A DNA stretch of 64,000 nucleotides, taken from the IMG/VR virus record IMGVR_UViG_3300044540_000317. One strand, 5' to 3'. The notes below the pieces were generated by a model that ran no database searches, was not told the DNA's origin, and worked only from the letters and a program-made list of their open reading frames with translations. Positions 40,833-50,300 of the stretch are shown here, one piece after another. Position 1 is the stretch's first letter, and each line of letters begins with the position of its first letter. Source of the DNA: an uncultured virus (IMG/VR IMGVR_UViG_3300044540_000317) (Duplodnaviria; Heunggongvirae; Uroviricota; Caudoviricetes). Made by a program: the position numbers and the translations under genes.

Positions 40833-40965
40833 GACGCTCCCTCTCTCGCGGACAGTGCCTACTGTCGCAGGCACCTCCGACATTCGTACAGCGCCCCTGT
40901 CCGGACACCTCGCCGGCGTGCAGTTAGGTATCCATTCCACGCTGAACCGCACTCCAGGAGGACCC

Positions 40966-42477
40966 ATGCCTGCCGCACGCGAGAATCGCGGCGCCAAGCG
41001 CTCCGGCGTCAGCATCGGAGGGCAGTTCGCGCCAGACCGGTCAGGCATCCGAGGCGTTCGGGCCCGTCCCGAAGCGCCCACTACCGCTTCCCCCTATGAG
41101 GTCGGCGAGGCTTCCGAGCTGGCCGACATTGACATCTGCACCGTCTGCGAAGGTCCGATCCTCCCCGCAGACGAGGGTGCCTGTCAGGCCTGCGAGCAAG
41201 CCGCCTACGAAGCGGCCCTCAGTAGCTCGCTACCGGACGACGTACTCGAACGTGCGCTCGCTGAAGACGCAACTGCCCAGCCGCCCGTCCGGACCGTTTC
41301 CGAGTTCGAGCTGCCACCCGAGCTCGACACGACCGTCTCCTCGCTCGCGCGGGCCGTCGTCGACGGCGACCCTGCCGCCGCAGCGGACCTGCGCGCGCAA
41401 CTCACCGAACAGATTGCTCGCCTCCCAGTCCAGGCCATCCCGGCGCCCTTCTCCAGCGACCCCGTAGATCCGGCCGAGCTCCCCCATACGGCAGGCATCT
41501 ACATCATCACCGGGCCCGACGCCTCCTATGTCGGCCTAGCTAAGGACATCCACCAACGCTTCTACAACCGCGACTACGGCCATCTGACAGAGAACAACCA
41601 CTGCCGGTCCCGCTTCATCCTCGACGGGGATGACTACGAAATTCGAGTCATCCCCGTCGACGCGAGCGAAGACGGCCGTGAGGCTCAGCAGTACGCGCTC
41701 GCCGAAGCAGAAATTCGCGCCTACGCCCAACTGCACGCCGCCGGCCACTATCCGAACAACGCCTTGGCGACCCTCGGCCGAGTCGGTGACGGGAAGGTCA
41801 TTCCGATCGTCGCCTGTGACCTGGCGACCGGCGAGTACACCTTCTACGAGTCGACGATGGCCGCCACCCGCGACACCGGCTCAACCTCGATCGCTGCCGC
41901 GCTGCACGGATACCAGCGCATCGCCGCCGGCCGGGTCGTGCGGTGGGCGACGTTCGGCGAGCAGGAGCTCCTTCTCGACAAGACCGACCGGGCGGGGAAA
42001 CTCACCGGCGAGATCGTCACGAAGGCTCTGTCCATTCAGCCGCGCTCGGTCGACTGGGGCGAAACTCGCGAGGGTGGGCGCGGAGCTGACTTCTCGTGGT
42101 CCGGTGGCGCCCTCGCCGCCGACGACATCACCACGCTACGGCCCTATGTCCGCGGCGTGGGCTCATATAACAAGAACCGCCCTACCAGCGGCTACTACGG
42201 CGTGCGCAGCCTTGGCGACGAAAGCAAGTGGGAAGTTCGCATCAAGACCGGGCCCGGCCCGCGCGACGCGATCACTAAGACGTTCGCTGACGCGCACGAG
42301 GCGGCCGTCTACCGGGAGTCCTATATCACCGACAATGGCCTGCAGGCATATAACAACGGGGTGGGGGCCTCGAACGCAGACGCGCTCAACTTCCACTTCG
42401 GAGCAAGGCAGTTCACCGGATGGGACTCTTCGCCCGGCCGTCGCGCTGCCGCCGACGGGGCCGCTGCCGCCGCCTAA
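40966..42477 (+). CDS. Leader-tagged GIY-YIG endonuclease with NUMOD1-like and AP2-like DNA-binding domains
   Basis: AGGAGG SD; MPAARENRGAKRSGVSIGGQF; CTVC..CQAC; GIYIIT...YVGLAKDIHQR; YESTMAATR; TSGYYGV...KWEVRI...FADAHEAAVYR. Confidence 0.75.
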   Translation: MPAARENRGAKRSGVSIGGQFAPDRSGIRGVRARPEAPTTASPYEVGEASELADIDICTVCEGPILPADEGACQACEQAAYEAALSSSLPDDVLERALAEDATAQPPVRTVSEFELPPELDTTVSSLARAVVDGDPAAAADLRAQLTEQIARLPVQAIPAPFSSDPVDPAELPHTAGIYIITGPDASYVGLAKDIHQRFYNRDYGHLTENNHCRSRFILDGDDYEIRVIPVDASEDGREAQQYALAEAEIRAYAQLHAAGHYPNNALATLGRVGDGKVIPIVACDLATGEYTFYESTMAATRDTGSTSIAAALHGYQRIAAGRVVRWATFGEQELLLDKTDRAGKLTGEIVTKALSIQPRSVDWGETREGGRGADFSWSGGALAADDITTLRPYVRGVGSYNKNRPTSGYYGVRSLGDESKWEVRIKTGPGPRDAITKTFADAHEAAVYRESYITDNGLQAYNNGVGASNADALNFHFGARQFTGWDSSPGRRAAADGAAAAA

Positions 42478-42579
42478 GCCCCGCGCGGACCGAGACTCCA
42501 TCCAGGTCGATAGGGACCGTTGGAACGCAGGCGCATGAACGCGCGCGGCGACACGACCCCGGCTTGGAGCGAGAACGAC

Positions 42580-44643
42580 GTGACCGACAAGAAGGCAGCC
42601 GCCGACAGCTACACCGCTGACGACTTCTCCGTCCTAGAAGGCCTCGACGCGGTCCGGCGGCGCCCCGGCATGTACGTCGGCGGGAACGGACCGGCTGCGC
42701 TGGCTCACCTCGCGTTCGAGATCATCGACAACGCCGTCGACGAAGCCCTCGCCGGCCACTGCGACCGCATCGAAGTCATCCTCCATGCCGACGCCTCCAT
42801 CGAAGTTTCCGACAACGGCCGCGGTATTCCAGTCGACCAGAACAAGAAGCTCGGTGAGTCCGGCGTCAAAGCAGCGTTCACCCGACTGCACGCCGGCGGC
42901 AAGTTCGGCGGCTCCGGCTACAAAGTCTCCGGCGGTCTCCACGGCGTCGGCGCCGCCGTTGTCAACGCCCTGTCTGAGCGTGTCGACGTCACCGTCCACC
43001 GCGACGGGAGCGAGCATTCGCTGTGCTTCCACCGCGGCACGCCCGCCATCTTCTCCGGCGACAGCCCCGCAGCCGCGTACAAGGAGTCCAAGGATGTTCA
43101 GGTCGTCGGGACCAGCCCGAAGGGGCACACCGGGACGACGGTCCGGTTCTGGCCGGACTTCCAGCTCTTCACCCCCGACGCGCGCATCGAGGCGTCGACG
43201 CTCGTCGAACGCTCCCGCAAGACCGCGTTCCTCGTCCCGAACCTGACCATCGCGGTCCGCGACTTGCGCGACCCGGCGAACCCGACCGAAGAGGTCTTCC
43301 GCTTCGACGGCGGCCTGTCCGACATGGTCGACTTCCTCACCCCCGGCAAGTCGCTCACCGACGTTGTCCCGATCGCCGGGACCGGCACGTTCACCGAGAT
43401 CGTTCCCCTCCTCGACGACAAGGGCCACATGGTCAACACCGAGGTCGAGCGGACCGTCGAGGTGAAGGTCGCCCTGCGGTGGGACACCGGCTACGACGCG
43501 AACATCCACTCGTTCGTGAACATCGTCACCACCCCCAAGGGCGGCACGCATGTGAAGGGCTTCGAGCGCGGCCTGCTCGCCACGATCCGCAAGGCCTATG
43601 ACGGCACCCGCATCATGCGCGCGAACGAGGACCCCGTGCTCCTCGAAGACGTCGTCGAAGGCCTCACCGCCGTCGTGTACGTCGCCGTGCCCGAGCCGCA
43701 GTTCCAGGGGCAGACGAAAGAGGAGCTCGGCTCCGCCGGCGTCACCAAGATCGTCCAGGACGTCGTCGCCGCAGGAGTGAAGTCCTGGTTGGAAGCGTCG
43801 AAGACGAAGGCGCAAGCTCGGCTCGCGTTGGAGAAGATCGCCAACGCTGCCCGCACCCGCGTCGCGTCCCGCACTCAGCGGGAGGCTGCCCGCCGCAAGA
43901 CTGCGTTGGAAGGCGCGTCCATGCCGGCGAAGCTCGTCGACTGCCGCGCGATCGGTATCGACCGGTCCGAGCTGTTCATCGTCGAGGGCGACTCCGCCCT
44001 CGGATCCGCCCGTCAGGGCCGCAACAGCGAGTACCAAGCGCTGCTGCCCATCCGGGGGAAGATCCTCAACGTTCAGAAAGCATCGATGGCCGACATGCTC
44101 AAGAACACTGAATGCGCGTCCATCATCCAGGTGATCGGTGCCGGGTCGGGCCGCTCGTTCGACCTCGAGCAGATGCGGTACGGCCGCGTCATGATTATGG
44201 CGGACGCCGACGTCGACGGCGGCCACATCCGCGCGCTGCTGCTGACCCTGTTCTGGAAGTATATGCGCCCCGTCGTCGAGGACGGTCGCCTGTACGCCGC
44301 GATGCCGCCGCTGCACAAGATCGAGACCCTCGGCAAGACCAAGGAGACGCTCTACACGTACACCCACGCAGAGATGGAGGCGAAAGTCCGCCAGCTCGAG
44401 AAGGCCGGGAAGAAGATCAAGTCCCCCATCCAGCGATACAAGGGTCTCGGCGAGATGAACGCCGAGACGCTCTGGGAGACCACGATGGACCCCGCGACCC
44501 GTTCGGTCCGCCGGATCACCGCAGAGGAGGCGCAAGCCGCCGAAGCGATGCTCGAGCTGCTGATGGGTAACGACGTCGAAGCTCGCCGCAACTACATCAT
44601 CGAGAACGCCGGCATTATCGACCGGTCCCTCATCGACATCTGA
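42580..44643 (+). CDS. parE: Type IIA topoisomerase subunit B (actinobacterial topoisomerase IV type)
   Basis: LEGLDAVRRRPGMY, EIIDNAVDE, LHAGGKF, GGLHGVG, VEGDSA, PIRGKILN, DADVDG, QRYKGLGEM; start may be 42520. Confidence 0.92.
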   Translation: MTDKKAAADSYTADDFSVLEGLDAVRRRPGMYVGGNGPAALAHLAFEIIDNAVDEALAGHCDRIEVILHADASIEVSDNGRGIPVDQNKKLGESGVKAAFTRLHAGGKFGGSGYKVSGGLHGVGAAVVNALSERVDVTVHRDGSEHSLCFHRGTPAIFSGDSPAAAYKESKDVQVVGTSPKGHTGTTVRFWPDFQLFTPDARIEASTLVERSRKTAFLVPNLTIAVRDLRDPANPTEEVFRFDGGLSDMVDFLTPGKSLTDVVPIAGTGTFTEIVPLLDDKGHMVNTEVERTVEVKVALRWDTGYDANIHSFVNIVTTPKGGTHVKGFERGLLATIRKAYDGTRIMRANEDPVLLEDVVEGLTAVVYVAVPEPQFQGQTKEELGSAGVTKIVQDVVAAGVKSWLEASKTKAQARLALEKIANAARTRVASRTQREAARRKTALEGASMPAKLVDCRAIGIDRSELFIVEGDSALGSARQGRNSEYQALLPIRGKILNVQKASMADMLKNTECASIIQVIGAGSGRSFDLEQMRYGRVMIMADADVDGGHIRALLLTLFWKYMRPVVEDGRLYAAMPPLHKIETLGKTKETLYTYTHAEMEAKVRQLEKAGKKIKSPIQRYKGLGEMNAETLWETTMDPATRSVRRITAEEAQAAEAMLELLMGNDVEARRNYIIENAGIIDRSLIDI

Positions 44644-44675
44644 CGCCGACCCGCATCAGGCCGCGCCGCCTGCCC

Positions 44676-44894
44676 TCATCCGGGTCGGCGGACCAGCCCG
44701 AATCGGTGCTCGTCGCGGTGCCGCCCGAGCTGGGTGTTGATCGCGGTCTGCCCATGCCCTGGCAGGGAGTAGAACCGCTGCCCGCACGCCGAGCACTCCG
44801 CGACCCACTCCCACACCGGGTTCGCCGCCCGGGACCGGGAGAACCGGATCCTCGCCGCCTCAGTGGCGCTCATCGCCGGCATCAGCTCGCTCAC
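44676..44894 (-). CDS. Small CxxC...HxxxH Zn-finger protein
   Basis: WVAECSACG...HRDEH; TACCGT 6 nt before GTG. Confidence 0.55.
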   Translation of the reverse strand: MSELMPAMSATEAARIRFSRSRAANPVWEWVAECSACGQRFYSLPGHGQTAINTQLGRHRDEHRFGLVRRPG

Positions 44895-44989
44895 CTGTCC
44901 ACGGTAGGCGCCGACACCTGGACGGACCGGCGGCGTCCGCGACCACATCGCGGCCGCCCGCTCGACAGGGCGGCCGATGGTCGGCTTCG

Positions 44990-45601
44990 ATGACGGACAC
45001 CGCGCACGTACCCACCACCAGCCTCATGCCGGTCGACGCGTTCATGGCCACAGTCGGGCCCGCCTACGGCGACACCTGGCAGGACGCCATCGCCGCGCTG
45101 CTCGGCTCCCCTGCCGATGCCGACGTCATCGCGACCCTGCGGCCCGCCGCTCGCGACCGCCAGCTGCGCAACCCCGTCTGGGTGGCCCCCGACGAAGAGA
45201 TCGGCGAACTGCGGGTCGCGAACGGCATGCACCGGGTCACTGCCTGCCACCTCGAAGGCGCACCGGTCCCGTACCGCGTGTCGACCGGATGGAGTGACCT
45301 GCCCGCCGGCCTCGCCGAGGTCGAGGTCGCGTTCACTGTCGCCGACAACGAGGCCCGCGACGAAGACGCCTTCTTCGAGCTCGTGTTCGACTGGCTGCGT
45401 TCGTTCCCCGTCGGCGACGACTGGGTCGAGACGTCCGGGATGGGCAGCTCGCGGGAGATGTTCACCGCCTGGTACGTCCTCCCCGAACGTCTCGTCGCCG
45501 CCCTCCCGAGCCTGCTCGCCGACCGGCTCGCCCCGCACGGGATGACCGTAGCCGTCACCAGCATCACCCCCGCCGACCGCGACGACGCGCAGGGCGCCTA
45601 G
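44990..45601 (+). CDS. ParB/Srx-like N-terminal domain protein
   Basis: LRNPVWV...LRVANGMHRVTA. Confidence 0.6.
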   Translation: MTDTAHVPTTSLMPVDAFMATVGPAYGDTWQDAIAALLGSPADADVIATLRPAARDRQLRNPVWVAPDEEIGELRVANGMHRVTACHLEGAPVPYRVSTGWSDLPAGLAEVEVAFTVADNEARDEDAFFELVFDWLRSFPVGDDWVETSGMGSSREMFTAWYVLPERLVAALPSLLADRLAPHGMTVAVTSITPADRDDAQGA

Positions 45602-45608
45602 GGGCCGT

Positions 45609-47207
45609 TCAGCGGCCCTGTGCGCCCGCCTGAGGCGCTCGGAGCCACACGTAGGACACGAGGGACCCGTCCTCATTCTCGACGCTCTGACGGCCTCCCA
45701 CGGACCACCCGCGGGCAGCCAGCTCGTCGAGCAGGCCCTGGGTGTCCCGCAGCACGACATCTGTCGTCCCCGAGTACTTCTCCCACACTGACTCCCACCC
45801 TTCGCCTGCCTCGACCAGGGTCACGTAGTCGAGCAGGACGTCCGCACCGAAGTAGTCCGCCCGCCCATCCGTTGCGGTCACGATCTCCGAGCTTGGATGC
45901 AGGAACGGCAACGGCGACGCGACATCCCAATGAGTCAGCACTCGCTGCGGCCCCGGCACGCCGGCGACTTCAGTGAACAACGCCGTCGGCACCCGCCGCT
46001 CATCGACGCCGACCTGCGGGGACAGGACCAGCAGCGCGCCCACCGAGACAGCAACCGTCGCCACCTTCACGGCCAGACCCAGCCAACCAGCGGGAAGCCG
46101 CTCCCCGGAGAAGTCACGACCCGGCCATAGAGCAGCGAACCGAGCCAGACGAACCACCGCGACCACCGCGAGCGCCACCGCGGCAAGCAGCAACGACCGC
46201 AGCGACGTGAACCCGAACGCGACCAGCACGACAACCAGGACCCCCTCCGCGACGAGCAGGCGCGCCGCACCCCGCCGGCGCGAGCCTCGCATCCACGAAC
46301 CCGCCGCAGACACCAACCACACCGCCAGCGGCAACGCCGCCCACGCCATCAGCAGGTCCGACACGACGACCGGCTGCCACTCGGTGATGATCGCACCAGC
46401 AGCCTCCCGGACCGCCGCGACACTGCCCCACAGACCCGCCCCGGCAGGGGTCAGGAACGTCACCGCAAGTCCGACGGCCGACACCAGCCAGCCGCGACGA
46501 ACCAGACCTGCCGTCGAGGCCGCCGCAGCTCGCCACCGGCCGGAAGGCGTCGTCGCGACGACCGACACCAGGCGAGCGAATGCGCCCAGCAGCAGGAACG
46601 GGACGACCAGCACCCCGTACCCGTGCCAGCACACCCACAGCCACGTCAACACGACCGCCGGCACGACGCGAGGAAACCGGCCCGTTGCCGCGACCCGATA
46701 CACCGCCACCATCAGCAGCACCACGGCAACCAACGACACTGTCTGTGGCCGAACCGTCAACGGGCCTGCCACAGCAACCGCGAACGCGACCACGAACACC
46801 GTCACCGCCCGCGCCGGCCACGGCGACCGCCCGGAGAGCATCCGGGGAGCCAGCGCAGCGGCAGCGACGCACAGAGCCGCCAGCATCGCCGGCGCAGCAA
46901 GTGCCTGCAGCAGCTGCACCGCACCCCACCCGCCGGCTCGGTACGCCAACGCGAGCAGCACCTCCGCCGGCGCCATCGTGTTCACCCACGCCGAGCCCCG
47001 GTTCGGCCCGTACAGCCACGCCGGGTCCCCGGCCGCCCCGCCGGCGGCGAGCATCCACTCGCCCAAACGCAGGTGGAAGAACAGATCCCCCTCGAATACA
47101 TCTCGGACGCCAACGACGACCAGCGCGAACCCGAACAGCCACGGGACGACCGACCACACGCGCCCGGCCGCGAACGGCGACGCGCGCAGTCGGAAAGGCC
47201 GGAACAT
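45609..47207 (-). CDS. Polytopic membrane protein, GT-C glycosyltransferase-like
   Basis: About 12 TM; DLFFHLRLG, RPQ, WVCWHG, ITEWQP, DGRADYFG. Confidence 0.72.
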   Translation of the reverse strand: MFRPFRLRASPFAAGRVWSVVPWLFGFALVVVGVRDVFEGDLFFHLRLGEWMLAAGGAAGDPAWLYGPNRGSAWVNTMAPAEVLLALAYRAGGWGAVQLLQALAAPAMLAALCVAAAALAPRMLSGRSPWPARAVTVFVVAFAVAVAGPLTVRPQTVSLVAVVLLMVAVYRVAATGRFPRVVPAVVLTWLWVCWHGYGVLVVPFLLLGAFARLVSVVATTPSGRWRAAAASTAGLVRRGWLVSAVGLAVTFLTPAGAGLWGSVAAVREAAGAIITEWQPVVVSDLLMAWAALPLAVWLVSAAGSWMRGSRRRGAARLLVAEGVLVVVLVAFGFTSLRSLLLAAVALAVVAVVRLARFAALWPGRDFSGERLPAGWLGLAVKVATVAVSVGALLVLSPQVGVDERRVPTALFTEVAGVPGPQRVLTHWDVASPLPFLHPSSEIVTATDGRADYFGADVLLDYVTLVEAGEGWESVWEKYSGTTDVVLRDTQGLLDELAARGWSVGGRQSVENEDGSLVSYVWLRAPQAGAQGR

Positions 47208-47309
47208 GCCCGGCCCATCGGTTCAGGGCCACCTCCGACCCGCAGTCCGACCGAACCGATAAGGCACCGGAAGACCGGAAAGACACCGAGGAGCGAGGCA
47301 CTCACCGAC

Positions 47310-50300
47310 ATGGCTACACGCAAGACAGACGCCGCAGAAGACGCCGCCTTCGACCAGGCAGGCGCCACCATCATCGACACCTCCGTCCAAGACGAAGCGA
47401 AGGCGTCATTCCTCGAATACGCGTACTCGGTCATCACCTCGCGCGCACTGCCCGACGCCCGCGACGGCCTCAAGCCGGTCCACCGCCGCATTCTGTTCTC
47501 CATGGCGGAGGCGGGCCTGCGCCCCGACCACGCGTTCGTGAAGTCCGCCCGCGTCGTCGGCAACTGCTTCGTTGCAGGCGCGAAGGTTCACACGCCATCC
47601 GGTCTGCGCAACATCGAGGACCTCGTGGCTGGAGACCTGGTCACCGCCCCCGACGGACGGGAGGTCCGCGTGGACGTCGCCTACGCGAACCCGGCCCAGG
47701 AGATCGTCCGAGTCACGTTCGCCAGCGGCCACTACCTCGACGTCACCCCCGGACAGCTCTTCCGAGTCGTTCAGGACGACTACTCGACCCGCTGGGTCCG
47801 CGCGGACCGGCTCGCCGGGCATCGCGTCGTCGGCTTCGGCTGCGCACGCCAGACCGTCCCTCGCGCAACCCAGAGGCCCGGAGCGCCCGAAGCCGACTAC
47901 GCCTACACGCTCGGCCTTGCTGTCGCGGAGGGATCTCCCGCGCACCGTTCTCGGCCGGCAGACAGGCGCACCCGCATCAGCATGACGGAGCCGGCCCCCC
48001 TTGACCGCGCGCAGCGTTGGGCCGCGTCCGCAGGCGTACCCACCTCTCGCCGGCTCCTCCCCGCGGGACAGCCCAACTGGAAGGATCAGGAGCTCGTCAG
48101 CTTCGCCTGGCACCCGGACCTCTACGCCGCCGTCGAACCGCGCAGCATCGACAAGGTCGTACCCGCGCAGATTCTCTCCAATCGCGCGCTTTGGATCCCC
48201 TTCCTTGCCGGCTTCCTCGATGGAGACGGCTACGTTCGCGACGGCCGACGAGAGATCGTCTTCACCAGCATCAGCGAACCCCTCGTTCGAGACCTGCAGG
48301 GCATGCTCGCCGACCTCGGGGTCCGCAGCCACCGGTGGACCACAACCCCGGGCGTCGGTCGCCCCAACCCGGAGATCGGAATGACTGTCACCGGCTTGGA
48401 CGCGACCGTCCTCGCCCAAGCGATCGCGCCCCAGATCGAGATCTCGTACAAGCGCGATGCGCTCCTGCGCCTGGCTGATGTGGAACAGGGCGCTCTCTAC
48501 CGCCACGGGGACATGCTTCCCGGCGCCGCCCTGTTCGCAGAGTTCAGCGACAAGCACCTCGGAGGTGGCTGGTACGCCGACGCCTCCACGGGAGCCAAGT
48601 TCCGTGCGGCGCTCGACGCGAGCGGCCCCGAGATTCGTTACGGCAAGCAGGTCGCCACGGGTACCGCGCTCCTCGACCGAGACTTCCCCGCAATGCGAGC
48701 CTTCCAAGACGGCTGGACAGACAAGCTCGACCGGATCGGGTCCCCCCTCGCGCCCCGGGTGCGAGACCTGCTCGGCAGCAGCTTTCACGCGGTCGTCGAC
48801 GTCTCCCCTCTCCCCGAGCTCGCTCCCACGTACGACATCCAGGTCGATGACCCCGAGCACGCATTCGTCGTCGAGGGCTACGTGGTCCACAACTGCATGG
48901 GCTCGTACCACCCTCACGGCGACTCCGCAATCTACGACGCGATGGTCCGCCTCACTCAGGACTTCGCCCTCAACATGACCCTCGTCGAAGGGCACGGCAA
49001 CTTCGGATCCCCGAACGACCCGCCCGCCGCGAGCCGCTACACCGAGTGCCGTCTCGCCCCCGGAGCGATGCTCCTCGTCGGCGAGCTCGACGAAGGGACC
49101 GTCGACTACGTCCCGAACTACGACGGCTCCCTCGAAGAGCCCTCGGTTCTCCCGGCAGCGTTCCCGAACCTGCTCGTCAACGGCGCGACCGGCATCGCCG
49201 TCGGCATGGCGACCAACATGATCCCGCACAACTTCGGCGAAGCCGTCGCAGCAGCGCGTCTCGTCCTCGCGAAGCCGAAGTCCACCCTCGACGACCTCAT
49301 GGCCGTCATCCCCGGCCCTGACCTCCCAACCGGCGGGCTCCTCCTCGGCCTCGACGAGGTCCGCAAGGCCCACGAGGACGGGAAGGGCACTGTCCGTCTG
49401 CGCGCCCGTACCGTCATCGAGCCGCTGGACGGCTCCCGCGGCCGCATGAGCATCGTCGTCACCGAGCTCCCGTACGGAGTCGGCACCGAGAAGATCATCG
49501 AGAAGGTCAAGGAGGAGACCGCGAAGAAGCGCCTCCAAGGGATCTCCGACGTGAAGGACCTCTCTGACCGGCGCAACGGGACCCGCCTGGTTGTCGAATG
49601 CAAGACGGGAGTGAACCCGGCTGCGCTTCTCAATGAACTGTTCCGATACACCCCGCTCGAGGTCAGCTTCGGTATCTCCAACCTCGCTCTCGTTGACGGG
49701 ACTCCGCGCACCCTGGGTTTGCGGGCTTTGCTCGACCTGTTTCTCGCGCACCGTTTCGATGTCGTGACCCGCCGGACCCGCCACCGCTTGGACAAGGCCG
49801 AAGCTCGCCGCCACATCGTTGACGGTCTCCTCATCGCCCTCGCTGACATTGACGCGGTCGTGAAAGTTATCCGCGCGTCGAAGGACACTCAAGAAGCCCG
49901 GACCTCGCTGATGGTGAAGTTCAAACTGACCGACATTCAGACCGGCCACATCCTCGACATGCCGTTGCGGCGTCTGGTGAACCTCGAAGTGGAACAGCTG
50001 AACAAGGAGCACGGCGCCTTGACCGCAACGATCGCCGCATGCCGCAAGATCCTCGACGACGACAAAGAACTCCGGAAAGTCGTCGACAAGGAGCTCGCCG
50101 AACTGCTCGAGCAGTTCCCAACTCCTCGCCGCACCGAGCTGGTCGCCGGCGATTTGAAAGAGGTCCTCGCCGTCGCCGCGGCAGCATCAGCGCCCATTCA
50201 GGTCGCCGACGACCCGACCACAGTCCTGCTGTCGGCGACCGGTCTGCTGGCCCGCACTCCTGCCGCGACCGAGGAAGCGCAAGCGGCCCGCGCCAAACGC

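Noticed and set aside
46623..47309. 229-aa N-terminal extension of ParC in the ORF track
   Set aside because: It overlaps the GT-C gene antisense and is low complexity; ATG 47310 fits the ParC start
42634..50012. Long antisense ORFs (42634..44535, 47406..50012; also 55619..57097 and others)
   Set aside because: Shadow ORFs of strongly biased high-GC genes
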